A DNA stretch of 64,000 nt from Gemmatimonadaceae bacterium. Lineage in GTDB: Bacteria > Gemmatimonadota > Gemmatimonadetes > Gemmatimonadales > Gemmatimonadaceae. Location of the stretch: assembly GCA_051859245.1 (NCBI GenBank), contig JBHYGA010000004.1, positions 867,930 through 931,929 of the forward strand, given 5' to 3'. How positions within the stretch are numbered: position 1 is the stretch's first letter; every line of letters starts with the position of its first letter. This document shows positions 50,052-59,636 of the stretch, piece after piece. The translations under genes and the position numbers were made by a program. The notes under the pieces were generated by a model. It was not told the origin of the DNA. It searched no databases and saw only the letters and a list, made by a program, of their open reading frames with translations.

Positions 50052-50708
50052 TTAAGCGCCTGGCATGCGCTGCGACGGCGCGGGGCTACCCGAAGGGGTA
50101 ACCTCGCGTCCGTCGCGGTAGGCGCGGACACCGGCATTCGTGTCATTCAGCAGGAGTAGCGCACCCGGTTGTCCGTACTGCTTCATGAGATCAAGCATCA
50201 TCGGACCTTCACCACCCCACGGATATCCGAACACCACGTCGAACTCGTCGAGCGCGTGTCCGAGTTGCAGGTAGCCAGACGGTCCCGATCCAAGCGTGCC
50301 AGTTCGCGCGTCTCCATCGCTCGTAGACCAGCGATATCCGGTTGGCAGAAAACTGCCTGCGGCGAACTTCGCCTGCGACGTGTGCCGCTCCGCCAGCGCA
50401 CGCGCTGTTTTGACGAGCGACGCATCGAGTTCAATGCCGTACGCCTCGAAGCCCAGCAGGTCGGCCATGATGGTGATCACGCCGGTGGCGGAGCCCCACT
50501 CGAGAAAGCGAAGTCCAGGACGCCGGTATTGCACCAGCGCACGACGCACAATGTCGTAGTCCGCGTTCACAAACGGATGAAAGCCGCGGTCACGCACCGT
50601 GCTATCAAAGCGCTCAAAGAGTGACCATCCCTCTTCGCAGAGCGCGTCGAGCCGCGCGTTGAGTGCGTCGTCGAGTTCAGGCAGGTCCGGCGTGAGTGCT
50701 CCCAGCAA
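50052..50708 (-). CDS. Class I SAM-dependent methyltransferase-like protein
   Basis: FLEWGSATG, AYGIELD, FDVVFGYPW. Confidence 0.8.
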   Translation of the reverse strand: MLGALTPDLPELDDALNARLDALCEEGWSLFERFDSTVRDRGFHPFVNADYDIVRRALVQYRRPGLRFLEWGSATGVITIMADLLGFEAYGIELDASLVKTARALAERHTSQAKFAAGSFLPTGYRWSTSDGDARTGTLGSGPSGYLQLGHALDEFDVVFGYPWGGEGPMMLDLMKQYGQPGALLLLNDTNAGVRAYRDGREVTPSGSPAPSQRMPGA

Positions 50709-50845
50709 ATGATCGGTGCGGCGTTCGATTTGTTGCGTCGCCTTGTGAAATATGCCGGTGAGCGGCCGACACTCAAACCGTAGAGACGCGCCGGACGCAC
50801 GGTCCGTCCAATTACCGTTGTCGCCTCAACCGTTCGAGACCTGAC

Positions 50846-51148
50846 ATGTCAGTCGATTCTGTGCCCGCCAAGCGTCGTCATATCCGTTTCCCCGCCGACG
50901 AAGGCGATCTCGCCTGGATCGACTTCGGGACCTTCGACGTACCGTTCGCACCGGGCCACCCGGCGTTGATCGTGGAAGAAGCGCCCATGAGCGGCTGTGG
51001 GTTGCTGCTGCTCGGCCCCGAACGGTGCCCGGTGGGCACGCGATTCCGCGTGCAGGTCGGACGCATGGCGCCCCTCCAGGCCCAGGTCCAGTGGGTGCGC
51101 GAAATCGAGAACGGCATCGCGCGCGTGGGCGTGCAGTTTCTCGAGTGA
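50846..51148 (+). CDS. Stand-alone PilZ-domain protein
   Basis: RRHIR (RxxxR), AQVQWVR, RVGVQF. Confidence 0.75.
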   Translation: MSVDSVPAKRRHIRFPADEGDLAWIDFGTFDVPFAPGHPALIVEEAPMSGCGLLLLGPERCPVGTRFRVQVGRMAPLQAQVQWVREIENGIARVGVQFLE

Positions 51149-51177
51149 CGCTGCGCAACCGACGGGGCGACCGTCAG

Positions 51178-51597
51178 TTACGTACGCGTGCGGGCTTTGC
51201 GGCCCCGAGTCTGCACGCTCAGAGACACCGCTTCACACGCAGTCACGCCATCCTTGCACACGGAGAGGCGCAGCACGCCGTTCACCGGTGAGCTGAGCAG
51301 CACCCGCGCCGACGGGGCGTCCAGGAAACGCGTTCCGTCAGTCGAGCGGCCTTTGGCTGAGAACGAAATGCGTTCTCCGGAGTCGAGCAGCAGCTGCGGC
51401 TGGACGCGCGCGTCGATTGCCGCGCCTGGCCCGGCCTCAATCGCCAGTGTACGCACGTGCGCCGAATCGTGCGCCGCGAGCACGAACAGCTCGTGCTGGG
51501 CGAGGACGGTGTCTGGCGGATCGAGACAGGCTGAGCCGGCGAGCGCCAGTCCTCCGGCGAGTGTGAGGCCGAGCATGCGGCGCGTTGAAAATGGCAT
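51178..51597 (-). CDS. Hypothetical lipoprotein
   Basis: MPFSTRRMLGLTLAGGLALAGSAC signal/lipobox; C-terminal Cys pair. Confidence 0.6.
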   Translation of the reverse strand: MPFSTRRMLGLTLAGGLALAGSACLDPPDTVLAQHELFVLAAHDSAHVRTLAIEAGPGAAIDARVQPQLLLDSGERISFSAKGRSTDGTRFLDAPSARVLLSSPVNGVLRLSVCKDGVTACEAVSLSVQTRGRKARTRT

Positions 51598-51637
51598 GCC
51601 GTAGAGTGTGTGCCTGAGCGAGGCCGGTAAAGGTCGC

Positions 51638-51679
51638 TTGCGGCATTTGGGGGCCGGTTTTAAGATGAACGAACGTTCA
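51638..51679 (+). promoter_or_regulatory. sigma70 promoter and TetR operator
   Basis: TTGCGG, 17 bp, TAAGAT (51638-51666), overlapped by palindrome TGAAC-gaac-GTTCA (51666-51679). Confidence 0.7.
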
Positions 51680-51698
51680 ATCAAAAAAGCCTTTAATA

Positions 51699-52304
51699 AT
51701 GAGCCCACGAACTCCGATCCAGAACGACGCCCTGCGTGCCGATGCGCGCGAGCGCATTGAGCGGGCAGCGCTGCGGGTATTCGCGCGGTCCGGATACGCC
51801 GGCTCCAGCGTGCGCGATGTGGCGCGCGAGGCCGGCGTCGCGCAGGGACTGTTGTACAACTACTACGAGGGCAAGGCCGACCTGCTCGCGGCAATCATGC
51901 GTCGTGCCATGGCCGATGTCGCGACGTCGTTCGCCGCGGCGCAGATCAACGCCTCGCCGGCGGAACAGTTGGCGCACCTGATCCGCACGTCGTTTGCGCT
52001 GGTGCACGAGCATCTCGAATTCTGGCAGCTTCTGTACGGCGTTCGGCAACAGCCCGACGTGTTAGGCGCGTTGGCGCCAGAACTGGCCGAGTTTACAGCG
52101 CAGGTGCGCGCCACGCTTGAATCACATCTCGTCGCGCTTCACGACCCGATGCCCGCACTCCGTGCACGCCTGCTCTTTGCCACGATTGACGGCGTGGCAC
52201 AGCACTACGCCATGGAGAGTGACCGATACCCGCTGTCGTCAGTTGCAGACGAAGTCGTGGCGCTCTTTACCGGACTGACGCAGCCTCTCAAAATCGCGGA
52301 GTGA
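51699..52304 (+). CDS. TetR/AcrR-family regulator
   Basis: AALRVFARSGY..SVRDVAREAGVAQGLLYNYY..K. Confidence 0.93.
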   Translation: MSPRTPIQNDALRADARERIERAALRVFARSGYAGSSVRDVAREAGVAQGLLYNYYEGKADLLAAIMRRAMADVATSFAAAQINASPAEQLAHLIRTSFALVHEHLEFWQLLYGVRQQPDVLGALAPELAEFTAQVRATLESHLVALHDPMPALRARLLFATIDGVAQHYAMESDRYPLSSVADEVVALFTGLTQPLKIAE

Positions 52305-52308
52305 GCTT

Positions 52309-53196
52309 GTGCCCATAGATCAGAGTTTCGCGATCGATCCAACGCTCTATCCGTTTGCATCGCATGCCTTCGACAGCGCAGACGGCACCATGCACTACGT
52401 AGACGAAGGCAGTGGGCCTGTGATCGTGCTTGTGCACGGCACACCGGTGTGGTCATTTGTGTATCGCGCGCAGATCACGGCGTTGGTAGCACGCGGCTTT
52501 CGCGTGATTGCGCCAGATCATCTCGGATTTGGTCGGTCTGAAAAGGCAGCGGCGGCCAGCTACCGTCCGCAAGATCACGGCCGTCGCCTTGAGGCGCTGT
52601 TGCTCGCGCTCGACGTGCACAACATCACGCTCGTTGTCCACGATTTCGGCGGGCCAATCGGGTTACACTTTGCGATGCACAATCCCGATCGCATTGCGCG
52701 TCTCGTCATCATGAATACCTGGTGCTGGCCGCTTACTGGCGACGCGCGTATCAGCCGTACGAGTCGACTGCTGAGTGGCACCTTCGGGCGCTGGCTCTAC
52801 ACGAAACTGAACGCGTCACCACGCTGGCTGATTCCCGCCGGATTTGTGGATCGCACACAGCTCACGCCACAGGTGCACGCGCACTACCTGGCGCCATTTC
52901 CAACACCGTCCACGCGACTCCCGCTCTGGCAACTGGCGCGGGAACTGATCGATTCGTCGGCATGGTACGAGCAGCTTCACGAGCGACTGTCGGTGCTGAA
53001 GGATGTCCCGATTCTGCTGCTCTGGGGGATGCAGGATTCCGCGTTCGGCGCCGCGTATCTCAAGCGCTGGCACAAAACCTTTCCTCACGCGCAGATAGCC
53101 TCGCTGGAGACCGCGTCGCACTTCTTGCAGGACGAGCGGCCGGAGTTGGTGTCGCGTGCGATTGGCGATTTCGCGAGCGGTGTGTCGCGTGCGTAA
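52309..53196 (+). CDS. alpha/beta hydrolase, haloalkane dehalogenase-like
   Basis: MHYVDEG, VHGTPVWSF, PDHLGFGRS, VHDFGGPIG (Asp nucleophile), SHFLQD. Confidence 0.88.
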   Translation: MPIDQSFAIDPTLYPFASHAFDSADGTMHYVDEGSGPVIVLVHGTPVWSFVYRAQITALVARGFRVIAPDHLGFGRSEKAAAASYRPQDHGRRLEALLLALDVHNITLVVHDFGGPIGLHFAMHNPDRIARLVIMNTWCWPLTGDARISRTSRLLSGTFGRWLYTKLNASPRWLIPAGFVDRTQLTPQVHAHYLAPFPTPSTRLPLWQLARELIDSSAWYEQLHERLSVLKDVPILLLWGMQDSAFGAAYLKRWHKTFPHAQIASLETASHFLQDERPELVSRAIGDFASGVSRA

Positions 53197-53773
53197 CGCA
53201 GGCCATGGTACGATACGCAGCGTACAAGTCGCGCTGACCATGGCACTTATGGCGTGCAGGACTGGTGAATCTGGTTCGCCCACGTCACCTTCGGCACCGC
53301 CGCCCCCACGTGCACCGGCGCCGCCCGTCTTCGCCAATGCATGCGTCGTTTCGCGCATCTACGACGGCGACACGTTTGCGTGTATCCCAACCACTCGCGC
53401 CGATACCATCGTGGTACGCATGCTGGCGATCGACGCGCCCGAATCGGCGCAGCGACTCGGTTCACTGTCAACGGCAGTGCTGCGCTTCGAGCTGCCCATT
53501 GGACAACGCATTGGGCTGCGCTTTGACGTCGATTCGCTCGACAACTTTGGTCGGACGCTGGCGTGGATTGAAACGCCTGCACGAACGAACCTGAATGTAT
53601 GGATGGCCGAAGACGGCTGGGTCACCGACCTGGTGATCGCACCAAATACAGCGATCGCTTCCGTCGTGCGCGCGGCAGTCTCGCGCGCTCGCGCTGAGCA
53701 ACGGGGACTCTGGGCGCGTGGCTTTGCCGCTTGCTTGCCGGTCGACTTTCGGTCGTCGCGCTGCTTCGACTGA
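53189..53773 (+). CDS. Thermonuclease (SNase-like) lipoprotein
   Basis: LMAC lipobox; IYDGDTF, RMLAIDAPE, DNFGRTLA, RGLW; GTG overlaps the upstream stop (start uncertain). Confidence 0.85.
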   Translation: MRNAGHGTIRSVQVALTMALMACRTGESGSPTSPSAPPPPRAPAPPVFANACVVSRIYDGDTFACIPTTRADTIVVRMLAIDAPESAQRLGSLSTAVLRFELPIGQRIGLRFDVDSLDNFGRTLAWIETPARTNLNVWMAEDGWVTDLVIAPNTAIASVVRAAVSRARAEQRGLWARGFAACLPVDFRSSRCFD

Positions 53774-53781
53774 GTGGTCGC

Positions 53782-54657
53782 TTACGAACTCGCAGCCTTT
53801 GTCGCGAGGACCGTCACCGTGTCGTGGAGTTTGATCGAACCCGCATGCACATGCGTCGCATTCATGCCGAACACGACGCCTCCATCGCTCCCTCGGCGGT
53901 ACTCAGCAAACGTGCGAAGCGGCTCGGCGCTGCGCGTAAGTGACTCTACATCAAGCGTGGTCACGACGCAGCGCACGCACTGTGAACCCACGCCGACTTC
54001 TACATTACCAATGCGCACCAGGCTCCAAGTGTCTTCATCGTGCGCTGAGCCTCCGCTAAGCAGAATATTCGGGCGGAACCGCGAGGCTGGAATTGCCGGA
54101 GCGCCGCCTTGTACAAGGCGCTGGTTTAGTGCTGCGACACTCTGTTCGCCGAGCAACAGCAGCGGCGCACCGTCAGTCACCGATACGAAGCGGTCGGTGG
54201 CGTTGACAGGACCCGCGTATTTTGCCTGCAACGGACGACGCGACGTTGGCAGCATGTGCATGACACGACAGGACCGACCGATCGCGTCGCTGCACCACCG
54301 CGCAGCGCTGTCACCAAAGTCGGCCATCTCAAGCGTGTCGTTCCAGCAGCGCACCATGCGCACCGTTGGTGAATGCGGGTGAGGCCAGATCTCAATATCC
54401 GCCGCGCCATCAATCGAGAGGTGTAGCGGCGCTTCGGAATCAACGACGCCGTTCTCTACCGGAAAGAGCGCGGTGATTTGCGCGAGTCGCGGCGTGTCTC
54501 GCGGCGTGATCACCACACCTTCGTCGTCAACAAGCATGCAGCGCCGGTCGCCGATTGCACCGTACGCATCGAGCGCAAGTGATGGTACGGCCAGCGGGCG
54601 TGCGCCTTTGAGTGGATGGACGAACAGTCCCGACACCTGCATTGGTGAGCCGCTCAT
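53782..54657 (-). CDS. MOSC-domain protein
   Basis: HPLKGA, GDRRCML, DGAPLL, RFRPNI, CVRC, FGMN. Confidence 0.9.
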   Translation of the reverse strand: MSGSPMQVSGLFVHPLKGARPLAVPSLALDAYGAIGDRRCMLVDDEGVVITPRDTPRLAQITALFPVENGVVDSEAPLHLSIDGAADIEIWPHPHSPTVRMVRCWNDTLEMADFGDSAARWCSDAIGRSCRVMHMLPTSRRPLQAKYAGPVNATDRFVSVTDGAPLLLLGEQSVAALNQRLVQGGAPAIPASRFRPNILLSGGSAHDEDTWSLVRIGNVEVGVGSQCVRCVVTTLDVESLTRSAEPLRTFAEYRRGSDGGVVFGMNATHVHAGSIKLHDTVTVLATKAASS

Positions 54658-54660
54658 CTG

Positions 54661-55968
54661 CTAACGCCGAGGGGCCGAGAGGTAGTCGACCGCCAGCGAC
54701 GCGAGTGTGCGCACACCCGTGGGCAACGCGCCTTCGTCGGCAAAAAACAGCGGCGAATGATTCACTGGCGCCGTTTTCCAGTCCTGATCGGCGGGCGTCA
54801 CGCCAAGGAATACAAACATGCCCGGCACACGCTCCTGAAAGTACGAAAAATCTTCTGCGCCGGTGGCCAGCGGTTCAATGCTCACACCAGCCGCGCCAGC
54901 TGCCCGCACTAGCGTGGGCAGCATGCGCATGGTGAGTGTGCTGTCGTTGCGTGTTACGGGATATCCTGAATCGACACGCACCGCGGCGCGCGCACCTGCG
55001 CTGAGCGCAATCTGTTCGGCGGTGCGCGTCACACGTGAAATAATCGACGCGCGCTGTTCGCGCTCAAACGTACGAATGGTGCCGATCAGAATCACACTGT
55101 CCGGAATGATGTTCGATCGCACGCCGCCGTTAAACGCGCCCACGGTGACAATGGCCGGTACCGAGGTAATGTCGGTCTGTCGACTGATCACGGTCTGCAA
55201 ACCGAGCACGATCTGCGAACTCACGACGATGGGATCCACACCGTTCCACGGGCGCGCGCCGTGCGTCTGTTTGCCGTGCACAATGATCTGGAACGAGTTT
55301 TCGGCGGCCATGGTGGGGCCGGGTCGGTACGCGATACGGCCGAGCGGGCCGGGACGCACGTGCAGACCGAGAATCGCGTCAACCTTGGGTGATTCCAGCG
55401 CGCCGGCTTTGATCATGCGCTCCGCTCCACCGCCGCCCTCCGGATAGCCCTCTTCGGCGGGCTGAAAAATGAACTTCACCGAACCCGCCAGCTGGTTGCG
55501 CATGCCCGCGAGCACCTCCGCCGCACCCATCAGAATCGCGACATGATTGTCATGTCCGCAGGCGTGCATCACGCCGACTTCCTGTCCGTTGTAGGTGCTG
55601 CGCACGCGCGAGCGAAACGGCAGATCGTTGATTTCTGTCACCGGCAGCGCGTCCATATCGGCGCGCAGCGCTACGACTGGCCCGTCGCGCGCACCCTTGA
55701 GTACCCCCACCACGCCGGTGCCACCCACGCCGGTGGTCACATCCATTCCGAGTGAGCGCAGGTGTTCGGCCACGAGCGCAGCCGTGCGTGTTTCCATGCC
55801 GGAGAGCTCCGGATGCTCATGAATGTCGCGTCGCCAGGCGACGACTTTGTCGCGCACGGCGTTGGTGCGCTGATCGACTTCGGCGTGCAGACGCGACGTT
55901 TGTGCGTCCGCCGCGCTTGTGGTGCCGACGCATGCCAGTGCGAGTGCGAGCGTTGCGAAAGTCTTCAT
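54661..55968 (-). CDS. Exported M20D-family amidohydrolase
   Basis: Signal peptide; RRDIHEHPELS, LRADMDALP, MHACGHD, FQPAEE, AEDFS. Confidence 0.92.
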   Translation of the reverse strand: MKTFATLALALACVGTTSAADAQTSRLHAEVDQRTNAVRDKVVAWRRDIHEHPELSGMETRTAALVAEHLRSLGMDVTTGVGGTGVVGVLKGARDGPVVALRADMDALPVTEINDLPFRSRVRSTYNGQEVGVMHACGHDNHVAILMGAAEVLAGMRNQLAGSVKFIFQPAEEGYPEGGGGAERMIKAGALESPKVDAILGLHVRPGPLGRIAYRPGPTMAAENSFQIIVHGKQTHGARPWNGVDPIVVSSQIVLGLQTVISRQTDITSVPAIVTVGAFNGGVRSNIIPDSVILIGTIRTFEREQRASIISRVTRTAEQIALSAGARAAVRVDSGYPVTRNDSTLTMRMLPTLVRAAGAAGVSIEPLATGAEDFSYFQERVPGMFVFLGVTPADQDWKTAPVNHSPLFFADEGALPTGVRTLASLAVDYLSAPRR

Positions 55969-56102
55969 AAGGTCCGGGGGCAGAGGGTGGTGCCAGGGTC
56001 CCGTGAATATGCGCACAGATCGTCTCGCGTGCCCGCGCTGTTAAACGGGCGGCGTCGGCACAATATTGCGAGTATGGCCGCTCTCGCGTTGTTCAACCGC
56101 CA

Positions 56103-58391
56103 GTGAAACGTCGCACGTTCCTGCTGACAGGCGTGGGTGCCGGCGGCGCACTCATGCTGGGATGGAGCCTGATGCCCCCTCGGCAGCGCATGCGCGGCAG
56201 CACCCCGCTGTCTGAGACGGGCGGCCGAATGGTACTGAACGGCTGGCTCACCATTGCGCCTGATGACACGGTCACGGTCATCGTGCCCAAGGCCGAAATG
56301 GGGCAGGGGGTTCACACGGCCCTCGCCATGATGCTCGCCGAGGAGCTGGACTGCGATTGGTCGAATGTGCGCACTGAACAGAGTCCGGTTGATTCGATTT
56401 ACGCGAATCTCACCGTGGGTCGCGACGCCTTGCCGTTTTCGCCGGACAATAACGGCGTGCTCGTGCGGACGGTGCGCTGGTACAGTGACAAGTTTCTGCG
56501 CGAAGCGGGGCTCATGGTCACAGGCGGTTCGTCGAGCATTCGTGATCTCTGGGATCCCGTGCGCGATGCGGGAGCGCTGGCGCGCGCGACGCTTATGGAC
56601 GCCGCCGCCCGCACCTGGTCGGTCGATGCGCAATCATGCGTGGTGGAGAACGGCGTGATTCGCTCGGGCGCCAACACGATGAGCTACGGCGCACTGATCG
56701 CGAGTGGCGCGACGCTCACGCCCGCCACGCGATGGACGCGAAAAGATCCGAGCACGTATCGCGTGATCGGCAGCGCGCGCGTGCGACTGGATGCCGCAGC
56801 CAAGAGCGACGGCTCGGCGATATTTGGCATGGATGTGCGCCCCGAGGGCGTGGTGTACGCCGCCGTGACCATGTCTCCCGTGCTGGGCGGCAGTGCGCGC
56901 AGCTATGATGCGGACGCAGCCAAACGATCACCCGGTGTTCTCGCGGTCGTACCACTCTCAGGCGTGATTGGCAGTGCACGCGGTGTCGCTGTGATCGCCA
57001 ATCGCTGGCCGCGCGCGCGTAAGGCGCTTGCGGCGCTTTCGGTGCAGTGGGATGAAGGACCACACCACACATTCTCAAGCGATATCGCACTCACGACGCT
57101 GCGGTCGCGCGCCGCTGAAGCAGGGGGCCGGACGTTCCGGCACGTTGGTAACGTTGACGATGCACTCGCGGCTGCCGCGACACGCGTCACCGCAACGTAC
57201 ACCGTGCCATATCTCGCGCACACCACGATGGAACCGCCAAACTGCACGGTGCGCGTTTCCGCAGATCGAGCGGATGTGTGGGTGGGCACCCAGGTACCAA
57301 CGCAGGCGCGCGCCGCCGTCGCTACACTACTCGGCCTGCGAGACGACGCCGTACACATGCATGTGCAATTGCTTGGGGGCGGGTTCGGGCGTCGTCTCGA
57401 AATCGATTTCATCGTGCAAGCCGCGGAGATCGCGAAGGCGCTGCCGAATACGCCGGTGCAAGTGATCTGGAGTCGTGAAGACGATGTGCAGCACGATTTC
57501 TACCGTCCGGCAACCGCGTCCGTCATGCACGGTGGACTCAATGCGGCTGGCGACGTGACGGCGTTGCGCGCAACAAGTGCCAATCAATCCATTGTGCACG
57601 CCTACGGCGCACGAAATGGCGTGTGGCTGGCGCGCTTTGATATTAACAAGTCGGCCGTTGAGGGCATGTTCGACCAGCCGTATGCGTTTCCGGCACTGCA
57701 GGTGTCGCATCACGATGTTGAGCTGCCCGTGCCGGTTGGATACTGGCGAGCGGTTGGACATTCGCATCAGGCATTCTTCATTGAGAGTTTTGTTGACGAG
57801 TTGGCGTACGCTGCCGGAAAGGATCCAGTCGCTTTTCGCTTGCGATTGCTGCGCGATCATCCGCGAGCACATCGCGTGCTAACCCTCGCCGCCGAGCGTG
57901 CCGGGTGGAGCGGTGTAGCGATGCATGCGAGCGATGGCGCGCCCATCGCTCGCGGCGTGGCTTTGCATCGTTCGTTTGGATCGATCGCGGCGATGGTCGC
58001 CGAGGTGTCGCTTGGTCCGGAGCGAGAAATCCGCGTGCATCGCGTCACGTGCGCGGTTGACTGCGGCGTAGCGGTACATCCAGACGGTGTCGCTCAGCAG
58101 ATGCAGAGTGGTGTGGTGTACGGTCTTAGTGCCTCGCTGTTCGGCGAGATCACCATCGTGAACGGACGTGTGCAGCAGAATAACTTTGATGGCTACCGCG
58201 CGCTGCGCATGCACGAGACGCCAATCGTAGAAACACACATTGTGCCGAGCGGCGAAGCACCGGGTGGCATTGGCGAGGTAGGTCTGCCGCCCGTTGCACC
58301 GGCGGTGGCGAACGCGATCTTTGCGCTGACGGGTGAGCGACTGCGCTCGTTGCCGCTCAAGCCGACCATGTCGAGCAGGGAGCCGGCGTGA
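56103..58391 (+). CDS. Xanthine oxidase-family molybdopterin subunit (isoquinoline 1-oxidoreductase beta type)
   Basis: Tat-like KRRTFL; EMGQG, TGGSSS, MEPPN, LGGGFGRR, GGIGE, NAIF..TGERLRSLP. Confidence 0.92.
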   Translation: MKRRTFLLTGVGAGGALMLGWSLMPPRQRMRGSTPLSETGGRMVLNGWLTIAPDDTVTVIVPKAEMGQGVHTALAMMLAEELDCDWSNVRTEQSPVDSIYANLTVGRDALPFSPDNNGVLVRTVRWYSDKFLREAGLMVTGGSSSIRDLWDPVRDAGALARATLMDAAARTWSVDAQSCVVENGVIRSGANTMSYGALIASGATLTPATRWTRKDPSTYRVIGSARVRLDAAAKSDGSAIFGMDVRPEGVVYAAVTMSPVLGGSARSYDADAAKRSPGVLAVVPLSGVIGSARGVAVIANRWPRARKALAALSVQWDEGPHHTFSSDIALTTLRSRAAEAGGRTFRHVGNVDDALAAAATRVTATYTVPYLAHTTMEPPNCTVRVSADRADVWVGTQVPTQARAAVATLLGLRDDAVHMHVQLLGGGFGRRLEIDFIVQAAEIAKALPNTPVQVIWSREDDVQHDFYRPATASVMHGGLNAAGDVTALRATSANQSIVHAYGARNGVWLARFDINKSAVEGMFDQPYAFPALQVSHHDVELPVPVGYWRAVGHSHQAFFIESFVDELAYAAGKDPVAFRLRLLRDHPRAHRVLTLAAERAGWSGVAMHASDGAPIARGVALHRSFGSIAAMVAEVSLGPEREIRVHRVTCAVDCGVAVHPDGVAQQMQSGVVYGLSASLFGEITIVNGRVQQNNFDGYRALRMHETPIVETHIVPSGEAPGGIGEVGLPPVAPAVANAIFALTGERLRSLPLKPTMSSREPA

Positions 58392-58879
58392 TCACACTCC
58401 GTGTAAATGGGCGCGAGATTGTGGTTGATGCCGAGCCCGATACGCCATTGCTCTGGGCGCTCCGTGAAGACTGCGCACTGACCGGGACAAAGTTCGGTTG
58501 CGGTGTGTCGTTGTGCGGCGCGTGCACGGTGCTGCTCAACGGCGAACCTGTGCGCAGTTGCATAACGCCGGTATCACTGGCAACACAGGGCGAGATCACC
58601 ACGATTGAGGGATTGCGTGATGCAACGGCAGACGCCGAACGCGCGCGCGTCGCCGCGTCGGTTCAGGACGCGTGGAATGCGCGGAGTGTAGCCCAATGCG
58701 GCTATTGCCAATCCGGCTTGATCATGGCGGCGGTTTCACTGCTCAGTACGATTGCGTATCCCACTGACGCCGACATTAACAACGCGCTGCGCGGACACAT
58801 CTGTCGGTGCGGTACCTATGAACGGGCGCGTTCGGCGATTCACGACGCCGCGAAAACTCTGCGCAAGCGTGACGATTAA
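58388..58879 (+). CDS. (2Fe-2S) subunit (IorA/CoxS type)
   Basis: GTKFGCG..CGACTV, QCGYCQSG, CRCGTY. Confidence 0.95.
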   Translation: MITLRVNGREIVVDAEPDTPLLWALREDCALTGTKFGCGVSLCGACTVLLNGEPVRSCITPVSLATQGEITTIEGLRDATADAERARVAASVQDAWNARSVAQCGYCQSGLIMAAVSLLSTIAYPTDADINNALRGHICRCGTYERARSAIHDAAKTLRKRDD

Positions 58880-58963
58880 CGCGTGAACTCGCTCGGCGTC
58901 TACCAGAACGAAGCGCAGCACAAAAGACTGCGAGCGTTCATACGATTCACCGTCGAGGAGATC

Positions 58964-59626
58964 ATGCGTACACAAACGATTGCGGCACTCATGCTTGCAC
59001 TCACTGCCAGTGCGACCACTTTGTCGGCCCAGCGCGCGCCTCGCGATGCCCAGCATCGTGGTCGCGCCACAGGCGGCGACGTTGGGCGCGGCCAGGCTGT
59101 ACGCGGCCAAGCCGAACGCGGCCAAGCCGAGCGTGCGAACATATCACCCGTCGCTTCATTGCTTCGTCAGCGTGAGCGTCTCGGTCTCACGGCCGAACAG
59201 GTGCAGCAGCTCACGCAATTGGCGAGTACGCAGCGCGCGGAATCCGAGCGGGTTGCGCCGTCAGAGCGACTCCGACTGCGCGCTGATATGATCGACGCGC
59301 GTGCCAGTGGCAATACAGCGGCGTTGCGTGCCAGTCTCGACAAAGCCAGTGCAGCGCGAAATGCGCAGCGTGTGGCCGCGATGGAAACGCGCGAAAAAGT
59401 GCGCGCCGTGCTGACAGCGGAGCAGCGTGCCAAGCTGGACGCTGGACAACGTCGGGCTCGCGCTGGTCGGGCGATACAGGCCCGCAACGGCACGGCACGC
59501 GGCGCGCACGTCAGGGGAGCGCAGGCACGTGGTCCGCAGTTACGCGGAGCGCAGTTTCGCGGGGCGCGCGCGCCACAGCGAAGCGACGTAGCAACCCCAC
59601 CGCGCCCGCCGCGGCGTAACGACTAA
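58964..59626 (+). CDS. Spy/CpxP-like periplasmic protein
   Basis: GAGGAG RBS; signal peptide; two LTAEQ (LTxxQ) motifs. Confidence 0.75.
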   Translation: MRTQTIAALMLALTASATTLSAQRAPRDAQHRGRATGGDVGRGQAVRGQAERGQAERANISPVASLLRQRERLGLTAEQVQQLTQLASTQRAESERVAPSERLRLRADMIDARASGNTAALRASLDKASAARNAQRVAAMETREKVRAVLTAEQRAKLDAGQRRARAGRAIQARNGTARGAHVRGAQARGPQLRGAQFRGARAPQRSDVATPPRPPRRND

Positions 59627-59636
59627 CACGGTATCC

